Origin: Spirochaetia bacterium
GTDB taxonomy: Bacteria > Spirochaetota > Spirochaetia > CADAEX01
Assembly: GCA_963662265.2 (NCBI GenBank)
Contig: CAXXHA010000013.1
Span: 32,001 to 96,000, forward strand
Direction of reading: 5' to 3'
DNA: 64,000 nt
The notes below the pieces were generated by a model. The model ran no database searches, was not told the origin of the DNA, and saw nothing but the letters and a program-made list of their open reading frames with translations. Below, in pieces: positions 49,089 through 60,112 of this stretch (positions within the stretch are counted from its first letter, which is position 1; every line of letters starts with the position of its first letter). The position numbers were made by a program, and so were the translations under genes.

Positions 49089-50390
49089 ATGAGTTATATA
49101 GGGGTTATAAACACGGATGAGAAGCTTGAAGGTGATATTTCAAGGCTTCTTGATGAGAACGGGATAAAAAATTCGAAATTCCTGTCTGATGAGGATGAAA
49201 TTCTTGATTTTATAAGTTTTGAACTGCCTGAACTTATAATAATCAATTTTTCCGACAGAAATGTTGATTTATGCAGACTTCTTCTCAGGATCCGTGAAGA
49301 TCCCTGGCTTAACTCATTCGGAATACTCGGGCTTTATGACCATGAAAAGGTAAAGGAAGAGGATCTTCTCACCAGGTTTCAGGATTATAATATCCTCTCT
49401 CTGCTTGATTTTATAAGGATTAAATCATCACTTATCAAGTGTATAAATATTATCCTGGAAAACAAGCAGATTGTTTTCAACAAGGATCTGTCTGAAAAGC
49501 TTTTTGATAAGGATGTAGGATCATTCGAAATTGAGAATGACCCTCTTGCTGTTTCTGTATATGCCGGTATTGCCTCTTCCATTCTTGTCCTCCGGGGATT
49601 TATTAAGCCTGATTCGAGAATACACCTGCAGCTTGTGCTTGCCGAGCTTATGATTAACGGTATTGAACACGGCAATTGCGGAATCTCCTTTGATGAAAAA
49701 ACCGAGTTTCTTGATAAGGGGGGCAATATTGTCGATCTTATCGAAGAAAAAAACAGGGATTATTCGGTTGCAAGAAAGAGAGTCCGCTTTGAATGGGATA
49801 TTTCAAAGGATTCCTCAAAATTCATAATAAGGGATGAAGGAAGCGGTTTTGATATATTCTCTCTGAAGGAAAAGGTTGAAAATGAGGGGCCTTATGCTCT
49901 CCACGGGAGGGGAATAAGGATGGCCAGCATGTTTGCCAAGAGAATAGCCTATAACAGGGCTGGTAATGCTGTGCTTGTTGAAATAGAACACGACAAGGAT
50001 GCGAAACGGAAGGCTCCCGAAGGATTCAGCAATGAAGAGGTAATATATCTGAAAAAAGGGGATATAGTATGCAAGGAAGGGGATTCCGGCGATGCTCTTT
50101 TCTATATATCTTCCGGAAGGTTTTCCGTGTGGCACAGAGACAGCCGGGTGGGGAACCTTGATCCTTCTGATATATTTATGGGGGAAATGTCATTCTTCCT
50201 TAACAACGAGAGAAGTGCGACTGTGGTTGCTGAATCTGATGCAATCATTGTAAAAGTTCCCAGGAAGAATTTTATTCAGATTATAAAACAGTACCCCCAG
50301 TATGGTCTTTTCCTTGCAAAACTCCTGTCAAGAAAACTTGCAAGGGCAAATACAAAGAGCGCGGAGCTTCAGGCTGTTTCCAATATCTGA
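49089..50390 (+). CDS. Receiver-like + RsbW-type HATPase + cNMP-binding domain protein
   Basis: ELMINGIEHG, DEGSGF, HGRGI; C-terminal EGD...GEMSF....RSATV. Confidence 0.8.
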   Translation: MSYIGVINTDEKLEGDISRLLDENGIKNSKFLSDEDEILDFISFELPELIIINFSDRNVDLCRLLLRIREDPWLNSFGILGLYDHEKVKEEDLLTRFQDYNILSLLDFIRIKSSLIKCINIILENKQIVFNKDLSEKLFDKDVGSFEIENDPLAVSVYAGIASSILVLRGFIKPDSRIHLQLVLAELMINGIEHGNCGISFDEKTEFLDKGGNIVDLIEEKNRDYSVARKRVRFEWDISKDSSKFIIRDEGSGFDIFSLKEKVENEGPYALHGRGIRMASMFAKRIAYNRAGNAVLVEIEHDKDAKRKAPEGFSNEEVIYLKKGDIVCKEGDSGDALFYISSGRFSVWHRDSRVGNLDPSDIFMGEMSFFLNNERSATVVAESDAIIVKVPRKNFIQIIKQYPQYGLFLAKLLSRKLARANTKSAELQAVSNI

Positions 50391-50753
50391 TTTATTCTGC
50401 TGAAAAAGGGGCTGCCTTTGAGAATATCTCCGGCATTCGGGAGTAATTTGAAACAGGGCAGCCCGTATTTTTTTGCAGGTCGGGTTTAATACACGGCAAC
50501 TTGCAAAAAATAATAACCACCGGAACTGGTTGCAAAGGTGTTGTTGGTTGACCCTGATTTATCTTCTGCAGATTTGCGAATGCCTTTTTCTGATGCTGTT
50601 ATTCTTTTAAACCTGTAATTCTCCCTCCTATTCTGAATATTTACTCTTTTTATGCCGATGATGAATCTGTAACATTGTAATAACTGAAAGGTTTTATATC
50701 TTGATTGAATTTACTATTTCCATTGTTTATAGTGTTTTTTATGAGAGGAAGTT

Positions 50754-52997
50754 ATGAAAAAAACAGATAAAGTTCTATTTTTGCTTATAATTGCTGTATT
50801 TACAGTATTTTTATATTCCTGCAGGAAAAAAGAAGAAACAGCAGTTCCTGTTGTCATGGATACGATAATTACATTTGTTTCCGGCGAAGCATATATTCTG
50901 GATACGGCCGGGGAGAAAAAGGAAGCTGAAATCGGTGAAAAGTTGATGCCTGACTACGAATTACTGACGATGGAAGATTCTTTTCTTGAATTCCAGATAG
51001 GGGGATCAGGAGTTATCAGGATGGATTCCGATACAAGGCTTTCCCTGTCAGATATTAGTGAAAAAAGAATGAAAAACAAGGCTTCATCTAATATCACACT
51101 GTCTCTTGCTGCAGGTACAGTTATACAGAAGGTGAAAAAACTGACCGAAGATGAGTCTTATCATATAAGGACAGCAAGCGCTGCATTCGGAGTCAGGGGG
51201 ACAGAATTTCTTGTCAGATCTGAAGAGGGCCGTGATACTCTTGCAGTCGGAAGCGGTAGTGTAATAGCATCTCTTTTTCCTTCGCAGCTTGAAAAACTTA
51301 AAAGCAGGGCTGATGAAGGGGATGAGGAATACGGTAAAATATATAAAACTCTTGAAGAAAGTTTTCCCCTTCTTAAAGCGGGTGAAGAGATATCTGTTAG
51401 TAAATCAGATCTTGAAGCAACTGCATCATATCTCGAAAAAATAAATATTCTCTTTGAAAATGCTGAACTGGGTAAGGTAACTGAAGAAGAACTTGTCTCT
51501 GAAATAAAAAGCACTGCTTCTGAAGCAGTCGCAGCAGTATCTTCTCTTAGTCTTTCTCCTGCCGCTTTATCTGAACAGAACAGCAGGTCGCTGAAGTCTG
51601 CGGAAAAATTCACTCCTGAAAAGGCTGTGCCTGATACTGAACTCTATATTAAAACAGAACCTGCTGCTGCTGCTGTTTATTTTGATGATAACCTTGCTGG
51701 ATACGGAAGCCTGAAGGCTCTCTTTTCAGGGGAAAGACTTATCAATATACGTGTGGAAAAAGACGGTTATTATCCTTTTGAGAAAGAGATAAGAACAGGG
51801 GATATCAAGGATTCTCCCTATATAATTAAGCTTGAGAAGAAAGAGGGATCTGTATCTCTTCAAGCATTCCCGTCAGATTCCGAAATAACTGTTGAAGGAG
51901 TGGGCTCTTTCAGGGGAAGTTTCAGCAGGCAGTTTGATCCGGGGACAGAGCTGGCAGTTACTGTAACAAGGGAAGAATATAAAACTGCGGAAAGGAAATA
52001 TTCCATCACGGAAGATTCTTCTATTGAAGAAAGAATAGTTCTTGATCCGCTTCTTGTTCCTTTAAGAATTGATACAGGTCTTGAAAGCGGTGCATTTATT
52101 ATCAGGGCGGATGATGACAATATTTTATCGGCAGGAAACGGATCAGACTTTAGCTTTTTCTCAAAAAAAGGGTTGAAAAAATGGAATTTCCAGGCTGATT
52201 ATGCTGGAACGCCTATTGTTTCAGGCGACAGTTTCTATTATGTGTCGGGAAAATCACTTGAAAAGAGGCTTCTGGATAGTGGAGAGAGTTCCGGCTCAAT
52301 CGAAATTGCGGATGCCCTGTATAATAAACCGGAATTTTTCGAAAACTTCCTTTTTATCAACAGCGGAACAGATGTTCTTAAAATAGATCCCGGTAAATTT
52401 GAAAGTACAAGGATATATACACTGCCTGATCCGACAGTTTCAAATCCATATTATTATGGGGGAAAACTTTTTTCTGTGACAGACAAGGGTGTTCTTCATA
52501 TCTACGGAAACAATAAGATTGCTGATTCCTCAATATCTGTTACCCGCGGGAATCCTGAAGGGATAGATATTGCGGCAGCAGGTAAAACAGCTTTTTTTGC
52601 AGGGCTCAAGGGTGAAGTATTTGCAATGGATATTGAGACAGCGGAATTTACCTGGGACAGCATTTTTGAATCAGACGGAACAATGCCTGAGATAAGTATT
52701 GAACAGGACAGAGTCATACTGAAGTCCGGGAAAAAGCTTAATTTCTTTGACAAAGACGGTGAACTCCTTTTCAGTCCTGATGCTGATATAGATGCATGGG
52801 CTTTTACTTCTCCTGATGAGTTTGTTTATGCTACAGGGGGAAATACCCTTGTATTCTGCTCCGGATCGGATGGAAGCATTTTCAAAAAGGGTGTTGTGGA
52901 AGACGGTATAACTGACCTGGCTGTTATAAACGGCAGAATCTATACAGTAATGAATAACGGAAATGTCATAGCAGTTAATCCTGATGCAATAAAATAA
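50754..52997 (+). CDS. Lipoprotein with FecR-like, PEGA-like and beta-propeller domains
   Basis: Lipobox LYSC; TASAAFGVRGTEF (FecR); TEP..A.V..D and VEKDGY (PEGA); W-containing propeller repeats. Confidence 0.75.
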   Translation: MKKTDKVLFLLIIAVFTVFLYSCRKKEETAVPVVMDTIITFVSGEAYILDTAGEKKEAEIGEKLMPDYELLTMEDSFLEFQIGGSGVIRMDSDTRLSLSDISEKRMKNKASSNITLSLAAGTVIQKVKKLTEDESYHIRTASAAFGVRGTEFLVRSEEGRDTLAVGSGSVIASLFPSQLEKLKSRADEGDEEYGKIYKTLEESFPLLKAGEEISVSKSDLEATASYLEKINILFENAELGKVTEEELVSEIKSTASEAVAAVSSLSLSPAALSEQNSRSLKSAEKFTPEKAVPDTELYIKTEPAAAAVYFDDNLAGYGSLKALFSGERLINIRVEKDGYYPFEKEIRTGDIKDSPYIIKLEKKEGSVSLQAFPSDSEITVEGVGSFRGSFSRQFDPGTELAVTVTREEYKTAERKYSITEDSSIEERIVLDPLLVPLRIDTGLESGAFIIRADDDNILSAGNGSDFSFFSKKGLKKWNFQADYAGTPIVSGDSFYYVSGKSLEKRLLDSGESSGSIEIADALYNKPEFFENFLFINSGTDVLKIDPGKFESTRIYTLPDPTVSNPYYYGGKLFSVTDKGVLHIYGNNKIADSSISVTRGNPEGIDIAAAGKTAFFAGLKGEVFAMDIETAEFTWDSIFESDGTMPEISIEQDRVILKSGKKLNFFDKDGELLFSPDADIDAWAFTSPDEFVYATGGNTLVFCSGSDGSIFKKGVVEDGITDLAVINGRIYTVMNNGNVIAVNPDAIK

Positions 52998-53171
52998 ATT
53001 TAAAAAAAACAGTAATCAGCTTTTCTGCATTCATCATGAAATACCTGATTACAGTTTTTACCGGGCAGTTTCCCGGATGAAAAAACTGGATCAAATCTCT
53101 TTTCAAATTGATTTGCTGATGTGAAATGTGAATTATATTCACTGTCTGGACAAATTGCATGATCTGAATAT

Positions 53172-54475
53172 ATGATAGTTTCTATGGAAAAATACAATTC
53201 AGAGCAGGAGTATCTTGCAGAACTTGAGAAAAGGGGTGCGCTTCCGGATGGATTCAGGACAGCTGTCGTTCCGCTTCTCTTTAAACCAGAGGAAAGACCG
53301 GTTGATAAACCGCTCCCCATGAACCTTTCAATGCTTTGTCTTGATAAAGCTACATCAGTTTTTGCAGCTGTATTTACAAGAAACAGGTGTCCCGGCGCGC
53401 CGGTCCTTATAGGCAGGAAGATGCTGGATAACAGCAGTGTCAGGGGTGTTGTTGTAAACAACAAGATAGCGAATGTGTGTACATCGACAGGTGTTGATGA
53501 TGCCGGAAGGGTGGTTGCGGCTGTTGCATCTGCTGCAGGAGCATCTGCTGAGGAAATTTTTCCCTCCTCAACAGGTATAATCGGGTGGAAAATCCCTGTA
53601 AAGGAAATGACGGAAAAGGCACTCGACCTTGTCTCTTCTCTGAAAGGGGGAACAGCACTTCCCCTCGCAAAAGGGATTATGACTACAGATTCCTTTCCCA
53701 AGCTGCGTTCTGCCGACATAGGGGGAGGTCGGATTGTTGCTGTTGCCAAGGGGGCAGGAATGATTGAACCCAATATGGCGACCATGCTGTCATATATTAT
53801 GACAGATATTAAAATAGACAGGGATGAACTCAGAGGCATACTTAAAAGAGTTGTTGATAAAACATATAACTGCATATCGGTGGACAGCGACCAGAGTACC
53901 AGCGATACTGTAATTGCATTAAGCAGCTGTCTCAAAGAGGGAGTTTCTGCAGAAGATTTTGAAGATGCACTTTTCAAGGTATGCTCTGATCTTTCAGAAG
54001 ATATTATAAGAAATGCCGAAGGCACCGGGCATGTCATAAAGGTTAAGATAACAGGGGCTGAGGATTTCTGCACTGCCCGTGAAATAGGCAAGGCCTGTAA
54101 TCAATTCATCCCTTGTTACTACTGCAGTGTTTGGAAACGATCCCAATGTAGGACGTCTTCTTTCTTCTGTCGGCGACTATATGGGCAACAATAACCTTGA
54201 TCTTGATAAAGATGAAATGACAATAAAACTCGGACCTGAGACTGTATTTGACAACGGTGCTTTTTACACTGGATGAGGATAAAGAGATAAGGCTTTCAGA
54301 TTACCTTAAGGAAAGGATGCTTGATTCTGAAAGTAAAACTTATCCGGCTCATGATCTGACAGTTGATATTGATATCTGCATAAGCAGAAACGGAAAAGGA
54401 AAAGGGGAAGCTGTTGTGACAGGTTCAGACCTTTCATACGGGTATGTCAGGGAGAATGCTGACTACAGGTCGTAA
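53172..54475 (+). CDS. argJ: Ornithine acetyltransferase ArgJ, split by two single-base insertions (~54095, ~54263)
   Basis: STGIIG, IMTTD, KGAGMIEPNMATML, DSDQSTSD, GNDPNVGR (shifted frame), DLSYGYVRENADYRS. Confidence 0.93.
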
Positions 54476-54653
54476 AAATATATTCCGGTATTGTTCAGGC
54501 ACCCTGGATTTTCCTGTCTGCCGGGGCAGTATTCCGGAATTATGAATATTTATTCCCTCATTCCAGCGGTTTGAATCGGTCAGAATGGGGGAATCAACAG
54601 GATGATACCCTGCCTCTGAAGTTGTGTATCATCCTGGACTGCAGGAGAATAAA

Positions 54654-55607
54654 TTGGTTTCAGGAAATACAGAAAGTATGATTGAAAAGTTGAAAAAGGC
54701 TGAAGCTGATTTCGGCAAAGATATAATCGGCGGCAGAAAACTGTTCAGAAAGCTTCTCACCTCTTACCTTGCAGGAGGCCATGTCCTTATAGAGGGAGTT
54801 CCCGGCCTTGCCAAGACCAGGGCTGCAAAAAAGCTTTCAACACTTCTTGATACAACTTTTACCAGAATACAGTTTACACCTGATCTTCTTCCTTCTGATA
54901 TAACAGGCAATATGGTTTACAGACCTGCAACAGGTGATTTTCAAGTCAGGAGGGGGCCTGTTTTTTCTGGTGTTCTTCTGGCAGACGAGATAAACAGGGC
55001 ACCTGCAAAGGTCCAGTCAGCCCTGCTTGAAGCAATGGAGGAAAAACAGGTTACAATAGGAGATGAGACGCTTTCTCTTCCTGAAAATTTCTTTGTCATT
55101 GCAACCCAGAATCCTATAGAACATGAGGGTACTTACCGCCTTCCGGAAGCACAGCTTGACAGGTTTATGATGAAGCTTATTCTCGATTATCCGGAACATG
55201 ATGATGAAGTCCGTATTCTCGATCTTCATGAAAAAGGTGAAGATGATATCAGGGAAGCCGGGATAAAAATAGATTCAGCTTTTTCCCTTGAAGTTGAAAC
55301 AGCATTGAAAAACATCAATGTGTCAGATGCTGTCAAGGCTTATATTGTTTCTATTGTCAGGGCAACCAGGGGTGATAACCGGTATATAAGTTTCGGATCA
55401 TCTCCCAGGGGAGCTGTTTCAATTCTCAAGTGCAGCAGAATCAATGCTTTTTTTGAAGGAAGAGACTGGGTACTTCCCGAAGATGTCAAAGCTGTTGTAC
55501 CGGACCTGTTAAGGCACCGTATTGTCCTATCGTTTGAAGCCGAAGCTGACAGGATTAAATCTGATGATTTGATTGAAAAGATTCTGAAAAATACAGAAGT
55601 TCCCTGA
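54654..55607 (+). CDS. moxR: MoxR-family AAA+ ATPase
   Basis: EGVPGLAKT, RIQFTPDLLPSD, DEINRA, ATQNPIE, LPEAQLDRF; TTG start after GGAG (alternative ATG 54678). Confidence 0.95.
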   Translation: MVSGNTESMIEKLKKAEADFGKDIIGGRKLFRKLLTSYLAGGHVLIEGVPGLAKTRAAKKLSTLLDTTFTRIQFTPDLLPSDITGNMVYRPATGDFQVRRGPVFSGVLLADEINRAPAKVQSALLEAMEEKQVTIGDETLSLPENFFVIATQNPIEHEGTYRLPEAQLDRFMMKLILDYPEHDDEVRILDLHEKGEDDIREAGIKIDSAFSLEVETALKNINVSDAVKAYIVSIVRATRGDNRYISFGSSPRGAVSILKCSRINAFFEGRDWVLPEDVKAVVPDLLRHRIVLSFEAEADRIKSDDLIEKILKNTEVP

Positions 55608-55608
55608 T

Positions 55609-56613
55609 ATGACCAGAGAAGAGCTGCTCTCTGAAATCCGAAAAATAGAAATAGCCTCAAGAAATTTTTCCCGCTTTTCTTTAAGCGGCAGTTACAGATC
55701 CGCGCTTAAAGGTTCAGGCATGGAGATTGCCGGTTTCAAGGAATATTCACCTGATGATGACTACAGGTCTGTCGACTGGAATGTCTCTGCCCGGAGCGGA
55801 AAAGTCTACAGCAGGCTGTATCAGGAGGAGAGGGAGAATCCTCTGTTCTTCATAGTTGATACATCTGCTTCCATGTATACAGGCGGATCATTTACAGGGA
55901 AAAGGAAAACAAAAATTGAATCAGCAGCAGTTGTAATGGCTGTAATAGCATTTTCCGCCGTGTTTAACAATGACAGGGCAGGATCTGTTTTCTGTTCAGA
56001 TACTGTTGAAGCTGAGCGGGAAATAGGGGGGAAATCAGCACATATTGCAGATATGGTATTCAGCCTGGTTGATCACAAGCCGGAAAGACCTGTTTTTGAT
56101 ATTGAATATGCCCTCTCATGTATCCCCTCTTCAATGAAAAGAGGGTGCTGTTTTGTTATATCTGATTTCAGGACACCTGTTCCTTCGGGAAGGCTTCACG
56201 CGGCAGGAAAGAAAACCGATCTTGTGTTTATCAGAATAACTGATCCTTCCGACAGTTTTCAGGAAGGGGGATTTTCATTTCCGGCAGCAGATATTAATTT
56301 TTACGAATCATCAGTCGGATCCAGGCTTCTTAACAGGAAGAAGCTGTCCTCTTCATCAGGGAGAATGCCTGGAAATTCTGAAACAGGCACAAGTTCTGAA
56401 AAAGGCGGAGCTGGAAAAAAAATCTATAAATCGGGCAGGACTTTTATAAGGCTTGCCGGAAAAAACAGGGAAAAGCTTGCGAAAGAGGCTGCTTATTACT
56501 TTGATGAGCAGAAAAGGCTGATACTTAAAGAGGGAATATCTCTTCTTGATATTTCAACAGAAGATAATATTCCGTCATCTGTTAACAGTTTTTTCCGTAA
56601 CAGAAAATTATGA
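55609..56613 (+). CDS. DUF58 protein
   Basis: GSGME...EY...DD.R.VDWNVSAR, EERE, VDTSASM, ISDF. Confidence 0.9.
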   Translation: MTREELLSEIRKIEIASRNFSRFSLSGSYRSALKGSGMEIAGFKEYSPDDDYRSVDWNVSARSGKVYSRLYQEERENPLFFIVDTSASMYTGGSFTGKRKTKIESAAVVMAVIAFSAVFNNDRAGSVFCSDTVEAEREIGGKSAHIADMVFSLVDHKPERPVFDIEYALSCIPSSMKRGCCFVISDFRTPVPSGRLHAAGKKTDLVFIRITDPSDSFQEGGFSFPAADINFYESSVGSRLLNRKKLSSSSGRMPGNSETGTSSEKGGAGKKIYKSGRTFIRLAGKNREKLAKEAAYYFDEQKRLILKEGISLLDISTEDNIPSSVNSFFRNRKL

Positions 56614-57492
56614 GAAGATTTTTACTTTATATTCTTATATTCATGACCTTTCCTCTATCTGCTGAAATATCACCAGGGTGAAATTTGAATCAGCAGAATA
56701 TGACCCGGAAACAATAAGGACCGGTGATAATGTGTTCTGCAGGATTAAATTGACAGATATAAGCCTGTCATCAGAGGATGCAGATTCAATTCATGTGCAG
56801 GAAAATTCAGGGTTTGATATTACAGATATAAAACTGAATTTTTCTTCGAATGAAATCCTTATCTGGTTCATCCCTTTTAATCCCGGAGAAAAATATTTAC
56901 CGGTAATAAAGACAGGCAGATTTACCCTTGATAAGGTACCTGTTGATATAAAAAAAAATACCTGGAACCGGGCGATCAGTTTCCGGAACCTCCGGGAGCG
57001 GTGCTTCTTCCGGGAACCAGGCTTATTCTCGGATTTATGTTTTTCCTGGTTTCCCTGTTTTTTTTCCTGCTTTATTATACTATCCGTTTTTACTACAAAC
57101 CGCTTGCCGGAAAAATATCTGAAGCAGTTAATGAAAAGGAGATAAAAAAAATACTTGCATCAATCAGGTCAATGAATCCTGAAAATACAGATAACGACGG
57201 GGTTGAATTCTGCAACAGGATAAACATGCTTTTCCGCAGCTATCTGGGGAAGAGGCTTACCCGTTCTTTCATGAATATGACATCGGGAGAAATAATAAGG
57301 AATCTGTGTAATTCAGTTGCATTAAATGAGAGCACGGCAGATTCTCTTGAAAAATCGCTTTTCATCTCTGACAGGATAAGATTCGGGAAAAATATTCCCT
57401 CCCGGCACAGTGATCTGAAGCCTGTTGTTTATGGAATTTTAAATTCTGTCGATGCTGTTGAAAGAGAATCAGGCAGGAGGGAGGGGAAATAA
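56610..57492 (+). CDS. Hypothetical membrane protein of the bat operon, two frameshifts (~56665, A9 run ~56955)
   Basis: ATG overlaps the DUF58 stop and begins signal peptide MRRFLLYILIFMTFPLSA; the pieces join into one ORF ending at the batA ATG. Confidence 0.6.
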
Positions 57493-58414
57493 TGGTTTTT
57501 GAAAATCCTTCAGCTTTTTTCTTGCTGTTCCCCTGATTATCTTCTGTTTACACAGCAGGAAAAAGAAAAATAATTTTACTGTTTATTCACAGACTCTGTC
57601 CGGACGGAATAAGTCTCTGTTTCTTCCGGAAATATGTTCATTTTTATACATGATCTCCATGGTTTTTATAATAACAGCACTTTCCGCCCCTTCGTTCAGG
57701 GTTGAAGAAGAAAGATATCTTACACCGGAGAAAATTATTTTTTTATACTCGATGTTTCTCCCAGCATGTCCTCTTCAGATGTGGACGGGGAAAAGAAGGA
57801 TTGATGCTGCAAGGGATATAATTTCAGGATTCAGAAAGACCCGGGGAAATGATTATCCGGGCCTGATTCTGTTTTCCGATGTGGCTTTTCTTTCTGCTCC
57901 TCCCTCCCCCGATTTCCGGTGGTTTGATAATACGCTTGAAAATGCTGATATTGTTTATCCTGACAGGGGCACTGCTATAGGTGATGCAGCAGCTCTTGCG
58001 GTTTTCTACCTGAGAAAATCACTTTCAGATGATAAAATCGGAATAATTATCTCTGACGGTGTGAATAATACCGGCCGTATATCCCCTCATACTGCTGCTG
58101 AAGCAGCTGCTGAAAACGGAATCAGGCTTTACACTGTTTCTGTTGGCTCTGACAGCCAGGCGCAGACTGATGAGGGTGAAAATGTGTTGAAGATGATAGC
58201 TGAAAAAAGCGGAGCGCTTTATTTCAACGGAAAGGATATGAAAGAGATGGAATATGCTTTTTCCTTTATAGGCAATATGGAGGAGAGGGAAAGGCATGTT
58301 GAAAAAATTGTCAGGCTGGAAAGATTCAGCACAGTATTTATTGCAGCAGCTCTTATATGTTTGCTGATTTCAGTTTTTGTCAGGCAGGCTGTTTTGAGAG
58401 AGATTAACCCATGA
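57492..58414 (+). CDS. batA: BatA-like VWA protein, three homopolymer frameshifts (~57520, ~57740, ~57790)
   Basis: MVFENPSAF start; MIDAS LDVSPSM in an alternative frame; GTAIGDA, SDGVNNTG. Confidence 0.8.
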
Positions 58415-58445
58415 ACAGTACTTTTTCAAAGATGGCGGAGTCTTA

Positions 58446-59390
58446 TTGATGAAATATCCCTTGTTGCTTTTTATTGCTGTTATTCCTGTTGTATTGGCTT
58501 CTGTGCAGATAGCACTGTCGGGAAAAGCATTTGAACAGTTTTATACATATTCACCTCTCAAGGATAAGGGAAGCATGCGGGGCAGGTATATGATGATCAG
58601 AAACATGATATCTGTCCTTGTCTGTGCCGGGATTGTTGCTGTTATAATTGCTCTTGTCCGGCCCACCAGTACAAAGCTTAATATGATTAATATTCCGGAT
58701 AAAGATTCTTCTTCAGTTGATTACTCATTTGTTGTTGATATATCAGTCAGCATGACAGCAGATGATGGGGGGGTATCCCGTATTGAAAGGGTTAAAGAGG
58801 GCCTTATATCTTTTATTTATTCAGACAGCGCAAGCAGCCGTTATTCTGTGACTGTTTTCAAGGGGCGGGCTGCAGTCCTGATTCCTCTTTCTTCGGATAA
58901 AAATCTTGTGTCTTCTGTTATTGAAAACCTTTCTCCCGACATGTTCACATCAAGGGGCAGTGCTCTTACTCCTGCTGTTGAGGCAGGAATTTCCCTTTTT
59001 CCGGATCATGAGAAAAGTGAGAGACGTATGATTCTTTTTACAGACGGAGAGGAGTCTTCCCTGGTTAAATTTTCAGACAGTATAGACCGCCTCTCTGGAC
59101 TGATTCTTGAGAAAAATATTTATACATCCATATATGTTCCTGATATCAGCACAGGAAGTTCTGTTTCAGACGGTGAAAATATTCATATCAGCATTCCCGA
59201 TCTTCCTCTGCTGGAAAAGAGTTCTGAAAAATGGGGAGGAAGTACCGGGCGGTTTTCTGATTTTAAAATTTCAGATATCGAGAAAATGCCCCGCTTCCAG
59301 TCTTCAGTAACAGATTATTCTCAGTATTTTCTTGTGCTGTCTTTTGTGTTTCTGTTTTCAGCTGCTGTTTTGAGGAGGTTCCTGAAATGA
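58446..59390 (+). CDS. BatB-like VWA protein
   Basis: VDISVSM MIDAS, SRIER, FTDGE, TM segments at both ends. Confidence 0.8.
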   Translation: MMKYPLLLFIAVIPVVLASVQIALSGKAFEQFYTYSPLKDKGSMRGRYMMIRNMISVLVCAGIVAVIIALVRPTSTKLNMINIPDKDSSSVDYSFVVDISVSMTADDGGVSRIERVKEGLISFIYSDSASSRYSVTVFKGRAAVLIPLSSDKNLVSSVIENLSPDMFTSRGSALTPAVEAGISLFPDHEKSERRMILFTDGEESSLVKFSDSIDRLSGLILEKNIYTSIYVPDISTGSSVSDGENIHISIPDLPLLEKSSEKWGGSTGRFSDFKISDIEKMPRFQSSVTDYSQYFLVLSFVFLFSAAVLRRFLK

Positions 59391-60112
59391 CAGCTTTTAA
59401 AAAATTTTTCTGCACACAAAGACTGGCAAGTCTTTCCTGTAAAGCTTCAGAAAAGATGAGTAAGGCATTCAGGTTGGTGCTGATTATATTATCAAGTTTG
59501 AATTTTATCTCCTGCAGTTACGTAAATGCATGTTATGATAATATAAAAGGAGTATTCCTGTTTGAAAGCGGAAAATACAGTCAGTCTATTGTCAGTTACA
59601 ACGGGGCGCTTGTAAACAGCGGAAACAGATCTGATTATATTTATTATAATCTCAGCAGGGTCTACAGGGATATGGGCGAGAATCAGCCGGCCGGGGAAAT
59701 CCTTTCCGGCCTGAGTCTGAAAAACGGTAAAAACCTGGAATACCATGTAAACTACCTTAAAGGGGTTATTGCCTGTAACGAAGGGCGGTATGATGATGCT
59801 GTTCTTTTTTTTAAAAAATCTATCAAAATTGATAATAGTGATATAAACTTAATAAAAGGTCTGGAGCTGGCTTTTCTTAAACTCGAAAACCGGAAAGGCA
59901 GGCAGAAAAATGATTCAGATATGGGGGAGAATTCCTCTTCCTCATCAGGATCTGATTTACCGGACAGTGCAGCTGGTTATGAAGAAAACAGGGAATCCCG
60001 GTCAGGCAGGATAAAATCTGCATCTGATATTATCGATTATATGTTTACAGAGGAGGTTTCTTTGTGGCTCGGAAACGGGAACACAGATCAGGAAAATATT
60101 TCCGACTGGTAA
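59387..60112 (+). CDS. TPR protein (BatC-like)
   Basis: YYNL, YLKG...GRYDDA...FKKSI repeats; ends in DW. Confidence 0.75.
   Translation: MTAFKKFFCTQRLASLSCKASEKMSKAFRLVLIILSSLNFISCSYVNACYDNIKGVFLFESGKYSQSIVSYNGALVNSGNRSDYIYYNLSRVYRDMGENQPAGEILSGLSLKNGKNLEYHVNYLKGVIACNEGRYDDAVLFFKKSIKIDNSDINLIKGLELAFLKLENRKGRQKNDSDMGENSSSSSGSDLPDSAAGYEENRESRSGRIKSASDIIDYMFTEEVSLWLGNGNTDQENISDW

Noticed and set aside
45832-50661. Further sigma28-like promoters (TAAT-N16-GCCGATTG at 45832, TATA-N16-GCCGATAC at 48955, TGAA-N16-GCCGATGA at 50634)
   Set aside because: Mismatches in both boxes in AT-rich DNA; too weak to call without a PWM scan
53000-54091. 363-aa minus-strand ORF
   Set aside because: Antisense shadow of argJ
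56950-57536. Programmed frameshifting at the A9 run or at CCC-TGA
   Set aside because: These lie among many indels in unrelated genes; CCC-TGA promotes +1 shifts but -1 is needed here
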